Assembly (NCBI GenBank): GCA_965222425.1 | Contig: CBDCTW010000017.1 | Coordinates: 267,579-331,578 of the forward strand | DNA: 64,000 nucleotides | Source of the DNA: Candidatus Marinacidobacterales bacterium | GTDB taxonomy: Bacteria > Acidobacteriota > Vicinamibacteria > Marinacidobacterales > DATDRI01 | Direction of reading: 5' to 3' | Shown: one piece after another, positions 1-10,086 of the stretch | Layout of the letters: the number at the start of each line of letters is the position of its first letter | Position numbering within the stretch: the stretch's first letter is position 1 | Made by a program: the position numbers and the translations under genes | Notes under the pieces: generated by a model | Seen by the model: the letters and a program-made list of their open reading frames with translations, nothing else | Told to the model about the DNA's origin: nothing | Databases searched by the model: none

Positions 1-560
1 GTGTAGGTGACGCCTCGGTTCATCAGGTAGAACGTCTTGACGCGCTCTAGCGTTGCCCGGACGTCTTTGGAATCCACGATGCGCAGTCCCATACCTAAGT
101 CACGGAACTGGACCGTGAAACCGTCAGGGATACCTATCGAAGGGTCGGGGTCGTACCTCCAGGTTACCGTCTGGTCATCGCGACTATTTTCCTTTGGACC
201 CCCCAATAATATTGCGATATGACCCATGTCCGAGCGGGAGCCCTTCCGGCCGACGTTCTTGATGTTCTTGTCCGCGGTCTTGACTCTCTCTTTGTAGTCG
301 TCGATGAACTCGTTCTTCGGCGTCATGGGGTCGGGGTCCCGGCGGGCCCAGAAGATTTCCTTGAAAAGTTTGCGATCTTTCGACTTGAGGTCTTTGAAGA
401 TCTCGATCTCGCCGGCGGTGATGAGGGCCGCGACCTCCTCCTCGAGCCATTTTTTGTCGCCCTTGCTCAGCTTGTCGCCTTTCGCGTAGGCCGACGACCC
501 CACGAGCAAAGTGAGAGCCATCGCCATCGCCAGGCTGCCGAGTTTAGCTTGAAGCGTCAA
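1..560 (-). CDS. GWxTD-domain secreted protein, 5' portion; gene runs off the window start
   Basis: Not in the ORF track (no stop in window). Minus-strand translation from TTG (560-558) with AGGAGG (rc of 569-574) 8 nt upstream gives signal peptide LTLQAKLGSLAMAMALTLLVGSSAYA then ...NIKNVGRKGSRSDMGHIAILLGGPKENSRDDQTVTWRYDPDP..., matching the GWxTD motif region. The same family is intact at 60311-62287. The listed + ORF 219-584 is antisense noise. Confidence 0.6.
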   Translation of the reverse strand, partial: MTLQAKLGSLAMAMALTLLVGSSAYAKGDKLSKGDKKWLEEEVAALITAGEIEIFKDLKSKDRKLFKEIFWARRDPDPMTPKNEFIDDYKERVKTADKNIKNVGRKGSRSDMGHIAILLGGPKENSRDDQTVTWRYDPDPSIGIPDGFTVQFRDLGMGLRIVDSKDVRATLERVKTFYLMNRGVTY

Positions 561-665
561 AATAGTTTCCTCCTAAGGGTCTAGAATGTCGATCGGTGAC
601 TGCACGATCGAACTAGGATACGTGCTCGGGTCGGAAAGTGTCAAGTTTTGCCAGTCGCCCCCCGC

Positions 666-1397
666 TTAGGGGGCGAGTCTAATATTCAGCGGCGTCGTCT
701 GTCCGAGCTGTATTTCTACTTCGGTGGAGAAGGCAGGTTGGCCGTCCCGGAGAAGCTCGATCCAGTGCGTGCCCGCGGGTAGGTGAATCGAGAGCTCTTC
801 CATTCCACCGAGGTGTCCCCACACCTCGCCGTCGATCCGGACTTGGGCCTCCGCCGGCTGCACGCGGAGCGTGAGAACGCCAAAACGGACCAGCGAGGTG
901 GAGCGAGGAACGGAAGAGGTTGGCGGTGCCGGCGCAGTGCTCGGGGGAGGCGGGGGAGGTTGCCGTGGCTCAGGCGGAGAAGCCGGTCGAGCTCCACGAT
1001 CTTGCGGTTCCGGACTTTCCGCAGCACCAGACTCCACTGGCGGTTCGGTCTCCCGTGGCCCAAGAGGGACCATCTCATGACGGATCTTCTGAGTGTGGCT
1101 CGGAGTTGCCAGGATGCGCCGCCGAAACGTTCGGTGGCCCTCGAGTCGTAGCTCGACGGCGTGCTCGCCGGGGCAAGGTAAAGCTTTTGGAACGCTCCAT
1201 CGAAGTCGTCGACGATGCCAGCGTAGTAGCCGTCGACGTAGACCTCCGCTCGCTTCGGTTTCACGAGGGTTCGAATAGCGGCCGAACCGTAGTAGTAGCC
1301 CTGATAGGAAGCGTAGGTCGGCCGAGGGTACCGACGCGCGTAGACGGGTCGGTAGTAATGGGGATAGGACGAGCCGAGCCTGACGTATGGCCGGTAG
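666..1397 (-). pseudogene. 3' portion of a sortilin/BNR-PEGA gene: Tyr/Pro/Arg-rich linker plus two PEGA domains; 5' end cut by IS copy 1, internal frameshift near 1165-1175
   Basis: PEGA motifs AEVYVDGYYAGIVDDFDG.. and AQVRIDGEVWG..LPAGTHWIEL. The reading frame is open upstream of GTG 1264 up to the IS end at 1398 (..PYRPYVRLGSSYPHYYRPVYARRYPRPTYASYQGYYYGS..). Frame switches between track ORFs 716-1264 and 666-1559 at gccccgg (KLYLAP|GEHAVEL). Confidence 0.6.
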
Positions 1398-2857
1398 GGG
1401 GATGTCCCGCCGGATGTTGAATTTGGGGTAGCTGCGGCTCCTTGGCCGGCCTAAGAATAGGTCTGCCAATAAACCGTCTCCAGAGGGGGACAAGGAGCCA
1501 CCAATGCCTAGGAAATCAAAGAAGCCAGTAAGAAAGCAAACGCACTCGCCTACGGGCAAGGTAGTTGGCCAAGTCGGTCAGATACTGCTACCGATGATAG
1601 CTGGGATCGCGGCCACGAAGGCGGATCTGACGGAATGGGTGTACGAGCAAGGACTGACAGCTCTGCACCTACTGCTCAGAGAGGACGCCGAGGAGATCGC
1701 GGGGCTCAAGGGCAAGCACGAGAAGGAGCGAACTCATAACCACTGGGGGAGCACGAACGGAGAGCTGAGCTTCGGTGGTCGTCGCATCCAAGTGTCGCGA
1801 CCTCGAGTTCGCTCGAAGTCGGGCGCGGAGGCGTCGCTTCCACACTTCGAAGCCTTCCGCGAAGAAGACCCGCTTCCAGAGCGAGTGTTGAATCAGATCT
1901 TGGTGGGCGTATCGACCCGAAATTACGAATCGAGTCTGGACAAACCCGCGGCCAAGTTGAAGTCTCGTGGCACGAGTAAGAGTGCCGCCAGCCGTCACCT
2001 CGTGAGCCAGACGACTAAGAAGCTCGAGGAATACCTGTCTCGGCGGCTAGAGGAGTTCGAGCTTGCGGCACTGATGCTGGATGGCCTTGAGGTGGCCGGA
2101 CAGACCGTCGTCGTAACTCTAGGTATCACAATAGATGGAACGAAGGTGCCCCTGGGTATATGGCTGGGCTCGACGGAGAACTCTCGGGTGTGCACCGCGA
2201 TGTTGCAGGACCTTCTCGAGCGAGGCTTGCGCGTCGATGAGTCGATTCTCTGCGTAGTGGACGGGGGCAAAGGCATCCGCAAGGCACTCGTCGACGTTTT
2301 GGGGGACCTCGCGGTCATCCAAAGGTGCTAGATCCATAAACTCCGGAATCTTCGCTCGTACCTTCCCAAGTCTCGTCACGCCTACGTGCTCCAGACGATG
2401 AAGGAAGCCTACAAGTGCAAGAGTGCCGACAAGGCGCGCAAGCGACTTCAGGCATTGGTGTCGTGGCTCGAGCGAAACGGCTACGACGAAGCTGCCGGAA
2501 GCCTTCGTGAAGGGATGGAAGAAACACTCACGGTCGTGAAGCTCGCGCCGCCCGCCTTACTTCGCCAGTCTCTTGCCACGACGAACGCCATTGAGAATCT
2601 CAACGGAACCATTCGCAGAGTATCGAGAAACGTCAAGCGTTGGAAGAGTCCTTCCATGGTTCGCCGATGGACCGCTCTTGGCGTCGTCACCGCGCAGAAA
2701 AAGTTCCGGCGTATCAAAGGCTATCGCCATATGGGCGCTCTCGTTCACGCGCTTAGAAGCAAACAGAAATCTCTTGACAGCGATGAGTTTGCTGCCTAAG
2801 AGTATTCACAGGTGCCGCCGCTACCCGACCAAATTCAACAGCGGCCGGGACATCCCC
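1398..2857 (+). mobile_element. IS256-family insertion sequence, copy 1 (1460 bp)
   Basis: Ends GGGGATGTCCCGCCGGATGTTGAATTTGGGGTAGC... / ...GGGACATCCCC form roughly 40-bp imperfect inverted repeats. Nearly identical to the elements at 7852-9311 and 12581-14040. No matching direct repeat on its own two flanks. Confidence 0.9.
1504..2799 (+). pseudogene. IS256-family (mutator-type) transposase with in-frame TAG at 2329-2331
   Basis: Same 431-aa protein as copies 2 and 3 (LDG..DGGKGIRKAL..CQIHKLRN..TTNAIENLN motifs) but CAG->TAG at 2329, splitting it into track ORFs 1504-2331 and 2386-2799. Confidence 0.85.
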
Positions 2858-3280
2858 GTGAACCTCGCCATCTTCGGTTGGCTGTCGCAGGTCTATTACG
2901 CCGGCATCCTCTTCGTTCTCCCTAGGCTCCTTCGCACCCAGCTCTACAGCGAGCGCCTTGCCCACGTGAACTGGTGGCTCTAGAATTTGATGGTCGTAGC
3001 GACCCTCATCACCCTTCCTATGGGACACACGCAAGGCCGTGAGTACGCGGAGATGATATGGCCGCTCGATCTGCTGTTCGTTCTCAACATCGTTCTGCTG
3101 GCGATCAACATATGGGGAACCGTTGCACGTCGTCGCGAGCCCAAGATCTACGTGAGCGTCTGGAACTTCATGGCGGCAACGATGGTCATGGTTCCAATCT
3201 ACGCGGTCGGCAACAAGATTTGGGATCCCTCCGGTGCCTACTACGGGAGCAGATTGGCAAACAAAGTGCTCACACGCTAG
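2858..3280 (+). pseudogene. ccoN: cbb3-type cytochrome oxidase subunit I (CcoN-like) internal fragment, with in-frame TAG at 2981-2983 and truncated about 3270
   Basis: VNLAIFGWLSQVYYAGILFV..HVNWWL*NLMVVATLITLPMGHTQGREYAEMIWPLDLLFVLNIVLLAINIWGTVARRREPKIYVSVWNFMAATMVMV resembles CcoN helices (GYTQxKEYAE..FGTIAKRK..IYVANWF). Starts exactly at the IS copy 1 junction and continues the fragment at 9312-9565. Confidence 0.6.
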
Positions 3281-3483
3281 TGTACGAGACCGCGATGAAG
3301 GCACATGAGGCAGATCGCCCGCTAAAGGATGCTCTTCTGGAAAGTCATGCCATCCGCAAGCACTTGTCCGCGGAGGCAATCGAGGCTCTCTTCGACTACC
3401 GCCGACATGCGGGTTTCTGTAGCGAGCAAGTCGATCGGGTGCTGGAGAGGGCGAATCAAGAGAGGAAGAGCGATTCGGAGTGA
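3271..3483 (+). pseudogene. purB: 3'-terminal fragment (about 65 codons) of adenylosuccinate lyase
   Basis: VYETAMKAHEADRPLKDALLESHAIRKHLSAEAIEALFDYRRHAGFCSEQVDRVLERA matches the ADSL C-terminal domain. No upstream purB body. The stop TGA overlaps the GTG of the next gene (GTGA). Confidence 0.5.
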
Positions 3484-3890
3484 AACCTTGCTTCTACATC
3501 TTGTCTGCGCTGATACTGCTCACCTTCGGAGCGTGTGGCGGCGGCGCCGCTGGCGAGATCAAACCCCTCCCTACCGGCAACGCGACAGACGGAGAAAGCG
3601 TCTTCATGGGTACGTGTATCAAATGCCACGGCAAAGATGCGACCGGGATCGAGGGCTCGGGAACAAACCTGACCATCAGCGAGTTCGTCAGAGACCATGC
3701 TGACGCCGAGCTCGTCGATTACATCAAGACCGGTCGACCCATGAACGATCCACTCAACACAACGGGAATCGCGATGCCACCCTATGGTGCCAATCCTATG
3801 CTGACCGATCAGGATCTCGCCGACGTCGTGGCGTACCTCAGGACCGTCTTGCGGGACACCCACAGTCTGAATGAACGTCCGACTGGATAA
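3480..3890 (+). CDS. mono-heme c-type cytochrome, lipoprotein
   Basis: Lipobox LTFGAC, CIKCHG heme-binding site, distal Met in MPPYG; 136 aa. Confidence 0.7.
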   Translation: MKPCFYILSALILLTFGACGGGAAGEIKPLPTGNATDGESVFMGTCIKCHGKDATGIEGSGTNLTISEFVRDHADAELVDYIKTGRPMNDPLNTTGIAMPPYGANPMLTDQDLADVVAYLRTVLRDTHSLNERPTG

Positions 3891-3896
3891 CCTTCT

Positions 3897-4892
3897 ATGT
3901 CAACACCCTCTCGTTTCAAGCTAGGCATTCTTCCCACACCGCTCGTCGAGGCCTCGCGCTTAACGCGTGCTCTCGAGGGTCCCCGGATCCTTATCAAGCG
4001 CGATGACCTGACGGGTTTCGGCTTCGGCGGCAACAAAATACGCGGGCTCGAGTATTCCATCGCCGACGCCATCGCGCAGAAAGCCGATGTCGTCGTCACC
4101 GGAGCGGGCCCCCAATCGAACTACATCCGCGCCACGGCAGCCGCGGCACGAGCCGCCGGGCTCGATGCGGTCGCCGTCATGCACGGCAACCGCCCCGCCG
4201 AAACGCAGGGGAATCTTCTCCTCGATCAATGGCTAGAAGTGGATATCCGTTTCACGAACGACCCCAATCGCGAACTGGTGGACAACAAGATCGAGGAGGT
4301 CGCGGAGGAGCTCCGACAAGCGGGACGGCGACCTTATGCCATTCCGCGTGGTGGTGCTTCCGCACTCGGCGCCTACGGTTACTTGCAGTGTGCCCGCGAA
4401 ATGGGAGAACAGCTGGTAGACATGGGCGCCCGACCCCACTGGCTGGTCGTTGCAACCGGCGCCTGTGCCACCCAGGCGGGTCTCCTCGCGGGTTCGAAGA
4501 TTTACGATGCGCCGTATCGCATCCTCGGTGTCACCGTTAGCCGCCCGGTCGAGGAGTGCGAGGAACGGATCGCACGCCTGGCGCGAGAGGCGGCGAAGCT
4601 GGTTCAACCTCAAGATGAAGCCATCCATATCGCTCCCGACGACATCTCGGTCCGCGACGGTTTTATCGGTGACGGGTATGGGGTCCCCTCACCTGAGGGC
4701 ATCGAAGCGATCCGCCTGCTGAGCCGGACAGAAGGGTTGTTCTTGGATCCGACTTACACCGGTAAGGCCATGGCGGGACTCATCGGCGAGATCCGATCGG
4801 GACGCATTCGAAAAGGCGAGACAGTCATCTTCATTCACACCGGCGGAGAGCCTGCTCTCTTTGCCCACCCGGAGATCGCAGCGCGTTCATGA
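3897..4892 (+). CDS. PLP-dependent ACC deaminase / D-cysteine desulfhydrase family protein
   Basis: KRDDLTGFGFGGNKIRGLEY plus the rest of the fold-type II PLP enzyme; 331 aa, apparently intact. Confidence 0.8.
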   Translation: MSTPSRFKLGILPTPLVEASRLTRALEGPRILIKRDDLTGFGFGGNKIRGLEYSIADAIAQKADVVVTGAGPQSNYIRATAAAARAAGLDAVAVMHGNRPAETQGNLLLDQWLEVDIRFTNDPNRELVDNKIEEVAEELRQAGRRPYAIPRGGASALGAYGYLQCAREMGEQLVDMGARPHWLVVATGACATQAGLLAGSKIYDAPYRILGVTVSRPVEECEERIARLAREAAKLVQPQDEAIHIAPDDISVRDGFIGDGYGVPSPEGIEAIRLLSRTEGLFLDPTYTGKAMAGLIGEIRSGRIRKGETVIFIHTGGEPALFAHPEIAARS

Positions 4893-5535
4893 AAAGCAGC
4901 CTGCCCGCTGCGACGTGCTGGATTACGATCCTCTTGCTGGTCACACCTAGCCGGGGCGCGCCGCAGGAAGAGCTTCGCGCCACTTGGGAAGCCGACAATC
5001 CGATCCAACCAATCCCCGCGAGTCCTCCATCGCCGACTACGAACGGACCCGGCTGAGCGGAAACTCGCCTTGGGACCGATGGACCGCCGGCGCATCAAAT
5101 ACGCTATCTGATGTCGCGCAGCTTGGTCGGCAAATCTTCTTCGGAAAGGGACGCTGTACACGTTGCCATAGCGCACGCGATTTCACCGACGACGAGTTCC
5201 ATAACGAAGGCATCGGATGGGTTACCGAGGCACAATCCTTCGTCGACGAGGGTCGCTTCGCGGTGAGCAAACTGGGCATCGACCGCGGTGCACTTAAGAC
5301 TCCCACCCTCCGTGACGTCGGCCTCCACCCTCCCTTCATGCACGACGGCTCCATCGCCACACTCCGCGGAGTCGTCGAGCACTACAACAGGGGCGGCAAC
5401 CCCAATCCCTACCTGGATCCCGATATCGAGCCGCTCGACCTGAAAGACTCGGAGCTCGATGGCCTCGTCGCCTTCCTCGAAGCGCTCGCCAGGGAAGGCT
5501 ACCAAGACGAGGCTCCAGCGACGTTCCCTCACTGA
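4889..5535 (+). pseudogene. di-heme cytochrome c peroxidase (CcpA/MauG family), frameshifted and missing most of the N-terminal heme domain
   Basis: ATG 4889 (ATGA overlap with upstream stop) gives signal peptide MKSSLPAATCWITILLLV... then a stop. The 4984 frame carries ..RLSGNSP.. then one CxxCH (CTRCHS), FHNEGIG, LKTPTLRDV, PPFMHDGS, TLRGVVEHYN (C-terminal CCP domain). The first heme motif is absent. Confidence 0.6.
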
Positions 5536-5912
5536 GAATGGCGCCGCGGCAGCAGCTCACTGTCGTGGACTTGGTACTCCACCAATCGATATTCGAGCTG
5601 ACCTTCTCCGGCGAACATCTTCAAGCGCAGCGGTACTAACCCTTCATCAGTCCAAAACTCGAACGTCGAGTCCTCCCAACCGCCTGGGTAGCGAAGCTGG
5701 AAGCGGTGCCCCGGCACCGGGCCCGACGGTCCGTCCACGGTGACCGGCCCAAAGGAGCGCAACTTCGCTTCCTGATGATCTGCGAGACCATATTCGTACC
5801 TCCTCACCAGCCATCGAAGAACCGGCCGGTCCACCATACTGTATGCATCACGTTTGACCGGTGGAAGTGCGGCAAATAGAATACGCCGTCTCGGGCGGCT
5901 GCGGCGACGGTT
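5529..5912 (-). CDS. hypothetical protein (about 127 aa)
   Basis: Start MNRRRSRPRRRILFAAL... The rest of track ORF 5529-6479 overlaps the sortilin gene on the other strand and is discounted. No family recognised. Confidence 0.3.
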   Translation of the reverse strand, partial: NRRRSRPRRRILFAALPPVKRDAYSMVDRPVLRWLVRRYEYGLADHQEAKLRSFGPVTVDGPSGPVPGHRFQLRYPGGWEDSTFEFWTDEGLVPLRLKMFAGEGQLEYRLVEYQVHDSELLPRRHSQ

Positions 5913-5975
5913 CATGCCTCGCCCAACGCCAGCAGCAAGTTGCAGCAAACGCGTAACAAGGAAAAGGAGCCGAAG

Positions 5976-7851
5976 GTGAACCACTCTTGCACTCACGGAA
6001 CCATTCCCATCGTCGCACTGCTGCTGGCCGCGTTGGCGCCTAATGTCGTTGCCGAGTCCTACGACCCCGACGTCTACCAAGCGATGAAGTGGCGTCTCAT
6101 CGGCCCCCACCGCGGGGGTCGCGTAACGACCGCGGTCGGAGTCCCTGGACAACCGAACGTCTACTACCAAGGGGCCACCGGCGGAGGCGTTTGGAAAACC
6201 ACCGACGGCGGGCTTGCCTGGAAGAACGTCTCGGACGGGTTCTTCAAGACCGGCTCGGTAGGTGTCGTTGCGGTGGCGCCCTCCGACCCCAACGTTCTCT
6301 ACGTGGGGATGGGTGAGGTATGCATCCGCAGCAACTTCTCCCACGGTGACGGCGTCTATAAATCGACCGATGCCGGCAAGACCTGGACGCATATTGGGCT
6401 TTCTGACACTCGACAGATCGGTCAAATACGCATCCATCCCGAGAACCCTGACCTGGTCTACGTGGCGGCGCTCGGGCACGTTTTCGGACCCAACGAGGAA
6501 CGTGGCGTGTTCCGCTCCAAGGACGGAGGAAAGAATTGGGAGAAAGTCCTTTATATAGATGACAAGACCGGCGCCGTGGATCTCAGCCTAGACGTCACGA
6601 ACCCTGATGTGATCTACGCGGGCACGTGGCAGGTGATCCGACAATCGTGGGGCATCTTGCCGACCGGGCCGGGAAGCGGAATCTACAAAACGACCGACGG
6701 TGGCGATTCCTGGAACGAGCTGGCCAAGGGCCTGCCGGAATCGGATCTCGGAAGGATCGGAGTATCGGTCTCTCCCGTGAATCCCAACCGGGTCTGGGCG
6801 CTCGTCGAGGCCGAGGGCGGAGACCTTCTCCTCTCCGACGACGACGGCGCCAGTTGGACGATGGTCAACGACGACTTCCACCTGCAGCGCCGACCGTACT
6901 ATTACGGCCACATCTATGCCGACACTCAGGAGGTCGACACCGTCTACGTCCTCACCTCCCCTTTCATGAAATCGGTGGACGCCGGAAAGAACTTCGAGCA
7001 AGTCAGCGTCCCCCACGGGGACAACCACGACCTCTGGATCGCACCCGAGGACAATAAGAGAATGATCAACGCCAACGACGGTGGCGCTAACGTGTCCTTC
7101 GACGGTGGTAAGAGCTGGAGCCGCATCGACAACCAACCCACCGCTCAGTTTTATTGGGTGCTCACAGACGATCAGTTCCCTTACCGCGTATACGGAGCGC
7201 AGCAGGACAACACGACCGTTTCCATCACTAGCCGCAGCGACACCTTCGGCATCACGCCCCAACACTGGTTTGCGGTGGCGGGGGGCGAGAGCGGCTATAT
7301 CGCACCCAAGCCGGGCGATCCCGACATCACTTACGGCGGAAGCTACTGGGGTTTCATGACCCGCCACGATAGACGCACCGGCGAGACCCGCTCGATTTCT
7401 CCCTGGCCCGATCGGCCCTTGGGTCGGACTGGAGCCGGTCTCAAGTACCGCTTCAATTGGACCTACCCCATCGTCATCTCACCGCATGATCCCGAAACGA
7501 TTTACGCGGCGGCGAACGTCGTCTTCAAATCGACGAACGAGGGACAGAGCTGGGACGTGATCGGTGCAGATCTGACCCACGACGACAAGCGCAAGCAACA
7601 GCTCGGACGGCTCACCGACTTCTACGGCACCATCACAACGCTCGCCGAGTCGAAACTCCAAAAAGGTCTGATCTGGGTCGGCTCCGACGATGGCCGCGTT
7701 CACGTAACAACCGACGGTGGGAAAAACTGGCAGGACGTCACCCCTCCCCAAATGGAGGCATGGAGCTGGATCAAGATCGTCGAGCCTTCGCCCCATGACG
7801 CGGGATCGGCGTACCTAGCGGTTCATCGTTATCACCTCGACGATTACCGAC
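5976..7851 (+). pseudogene. Sortilin/VPS10-like BNR (Asp-box) repeat protein, N-terminal 625 aa; 3' end cut by IS copy 2
   Basis: GTG 5976 with AAGGAG 6 nt upstream; signal peptide. Eight S/TxDxGxxW repeats (STDAGKTW, SKDGGKNW, TTDGGDSW, SDDDGASW, ...). ORF reads ..VHRYHLDDYR then into IS sequence (RGCPGRC*). Confidence 0.75.
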
Positions 7852-9311
7852 GGGGATGTCCCGGCCGCTGTTGAATTTGGTCGGGTAGCGGCGGCACCTG
7901 TGAATACTCTTAGGCAGCAAACTCATCGCTGTCAAGAGATTTTTGTTTGCTTCTAAGCGCGTGAACGAGAGCGCCCATATGGCGATAGCCTTTGATACGC
8001 CGGAACTTTTTCTGCGCGGTGACGACGCCAAGAGCGGTCCATCGGCGAACCATGGAAGGACTCTTCCAACGCTTGACGTTTCTCGATACTCTGCGAATGG
8101 TTACGTTGAGATTCTCAATGGCGTTCGTCGTGGCAAGAGACTGGCGAAGTAAGGCGGGCGGCGCGAGCTTCACGACCGTGAGTGTTTCTTCCATCCCTTC
8201 ACGAAGGCTTCCGGCAGCTTCGTCGTAGCCGTTTCGCTCGAGCCACGACACCAATGCCTGAAGTCGCTTGCGCGCCTTGTCGGCACTCTTGCACTTGTAG
8301 GCTTCCTTCATCGTCTGGAGCACGTAGGCGTGACGAGACTTGGGAAGGTACGAGCGAAGATTTCGGAGTTTATGGATCTGGCACCTTTGGATGACCGCGA
8401 GGTCCCCCAAAACGTCGACGAGTGCCTTGCGGATGCCTTTGCCTCCGTCCACTACGCAGAGAATCGACTCATCGACGCGCAAGCCTCGCTCGAGAAGGTC
8501 CTGCAACATCGCGGTGCACACCCGAGAGTTCTCCGTCGAGCCCAGCCATATACCCAGGGGCACCTTCGTTCCATCTATTGTGATACCTAAAGTTACGACG
8601 ACGGTCTGTCCGGCCACCTCAAGGCCATCCAGCATCAGTGCCGCAAGCTCGAACTCCTCTAGCCGCCGAGACAGGTATTCCTCGAGCTTCTTAGTCGTCT
8701 GGCTCACGAGGTGACGGCTGGCGGCACTCTTACTCGTGCCACGAGACTTCAACTTGGCCGCGGGTTTGTCCAGACTCGATTCGTAATTTCGGGTCGATAC
8801 GCCCACCAAGATCTGATTCAACACTCGCTCTGGAAGCGGGTCTTCTTCGCGGAAGGCTTCGAAGTGTGGAAGCGACGCCTCCGCGCCCGACTTCGAGCGA
8901 ACTCGAGGTCGCGACACTTGGATGCGACGACCACCGAAGCTCAGCTCTCCGTTCGTGCTCCCCCAGTGGTTATGAGTTCGCTCCTTCTCGTGCTTGCCCT
9001 TGAGCCCCGCGATCTCCTCGGCGTCCTCTCTGAGCAGTAGGTGCAGAGCTGTCAGTCCTTGCTCGTACACCCATTCCGTCAGATCCGCCTTCGTGGCCGC
9101 GATCCCAGCTATCATCGGTAGCAGTATCTGACCGACTTGGCCAACTACCTTGCCCGTAGGCGAGTGCGTTTGCTTTCTTACTGGCTTCTTTGATTTCCTA
9201 GGCATTGGTGGCTCCTTGTCCCCCTCTGGAGACGGTTTATTGGCAGACCTATTCTTAGGCCGGCCAAGGAGCCGCCGCTACCCCAAATTCAACATCCGGC
9301 GGGACATCCCC
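7852..9311 (-). mobile_element. IS256-family insertion sequence, copy 2
   Basis: Same ends as copy 1, inverted orientation. Flanks TTACCGAC (7844-7851) and AGGTTCAC (9312-9319). Confidence 0.9.
7910..9205 (-). CDS. IS256-family transposase, intact (431 aa)
   Basis: Full-length ORF. Differs from copy 3 by a few substitutions (e.g. ENLNVTIRR). Confidence 0.9.
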   Translation of the reverse strand: MPRKSKKPVRKQTHSPTGKVVGQVGQILLPMIAGIAATKADLTEWVYEQGLTALHLLLREDAEEIAGLKGKHEKERTHNHWGSTNGELSFGGRRIQVSRPRVRSKSGAEASLPHFEAFREEDPLPERVLNQILVGVSTRNYESSLDKPAAKLKSRGTSKSAASRHLVSQTTKKLEEYLSRRLEEFELAALMLDGLEVAGQTVVVTLGITIDGTKVPLGIWLGSTENSRVCTAMLQDLLERGLRVDESILCVVDGGKGIRKALVDVLGDLAVIQRCQIHKLRNLRSYLPKSRHAYVLQTMKEAYKCKSADKARKRLQALVSWLERNGYDEAAGSLREGMEETLTVVKLAPPALLRQSLATTNAIENLNVTIRRVSRNVKRWKSPSMVRRWTALGVVTAQKKFRRIKGYRHMGALVHALRSKQKSLDSDEFAA

Positions 9312-9565
9312 AGGTTCACGTGAGTCGGTCTCAGGCGACCGAAGCTCAGATACGGTTTGATGGAAAGCGGGAGCTCATCGGCCACTGCCGGGACGTACAG
9401 GAAAGTGGCTAGGATCAAACCGAAAACGCCCGGCACGATGAGCCAGAAGACGGACGCGTAGCAGAAGCGAAGGCTTGCGCTTCTCGGCTCGTTGCTGGTC
9501 ATTCTGAACATTCTCGAGAGGGACAAAGCGGCGAGGATTGTAACCCGGCCGTGGAGGTGAGGCAA
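9312..9565 (-). pseudogene. ccoN: CcoN-like heme-copper oxidase subunit I, 5' fragment separated from its 3' part by IS plus inversion
   Basis: ..FWLIVPGVFGLILATFLYVPAVADELPLSIKPYLSFGRLRPTHVNL then IS. FGRLRP(L)HTN is a CcoN loop motif. Continues in frame at 2858. Confidence 0.6.
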
Positions 9566-9569
9566 GGTA

Positions 9570-10041
9570 CTAGGCGCGAGTGTTGGGAGGGGTTTTTTCC
9601 TTGATGTCTTGGACGAACGCCTCGTTGTTCACCCGCTTCTTGTATTTCTGGGCTAGCCGCTCGACCTTCGGGACCGCCCAGGTCCATAGGCGCCCCAGAT
9701 GTTTCTCGGCAGCTTCCAAGTCGGTGCGGAGAGGGCCATGACCTTCCCGATACTTCTCTTCGATCTCTGCGACGACCTCGGGTGGAGCCAACCGCGTGAA
9801 CATTTCCATGGCGGCGAGCAGAACGAGCAGATCGTCGACTCGCCCGAGAACCGGGATGAAGTCTGGGATGAGGTCGAGCGGGCTTGCGACATAGGCGAGC
9901 ACTCCCAATAAGACCGCCTTGAGGGACAACGGGACCCTGGGATCTCGGAAGAGACCCCAAGCGAGGTTTACCAGAAGCGGAATCCGTGGCAGGTTCTGCT
10001 TTGCCCAGGCGAGCCCTTGTCCTCCCCAGAAAGGCGACATG
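9570..10041 (-). CDS. DUF1232 (YkvA-like) membrane protein
   Basis: SPLDLIPDFIPVLGRVDDLLV motif. Likely start MSPFWGGQGL at 10041. Confidence 0.55.
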
Positions 10042-10086
10042 GCGAGGAGTTTAGCAGGTAAGGACTCGAGGTCCAGCAGGAAGTTC

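Noticed and set aside
219-584. 121-aa + strand ORF at the window start
   Set aside because: No recognisable domains; it is antisense to a well-supported minus-strand GWxTD gene (signal peptide, RBS, family motif).
2753-3379. 208-aa minus-strand ORF
   Set aside because: Antisense to the CcoN fragment and purB fragment; high-GC open frame without motifs.
5913-6479. Upstream extension of track ORF 5529-6479 (316 aa)
   Set aside because: Overlaps the well-supported sortilin/BNR gene on the other strand; only 5529-5912 is plausible.
1390-7851. Imperfect match (6/8) of the second flank pair as evidence against the inversion model
   Set aside because: The other pair is a perfect 8/8 reverse-complement match, and both pairs restore reading frames of recognisable genes. 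The two mismatches are transitions and may post-date the insertion; kept as a caveat, not a refutation.
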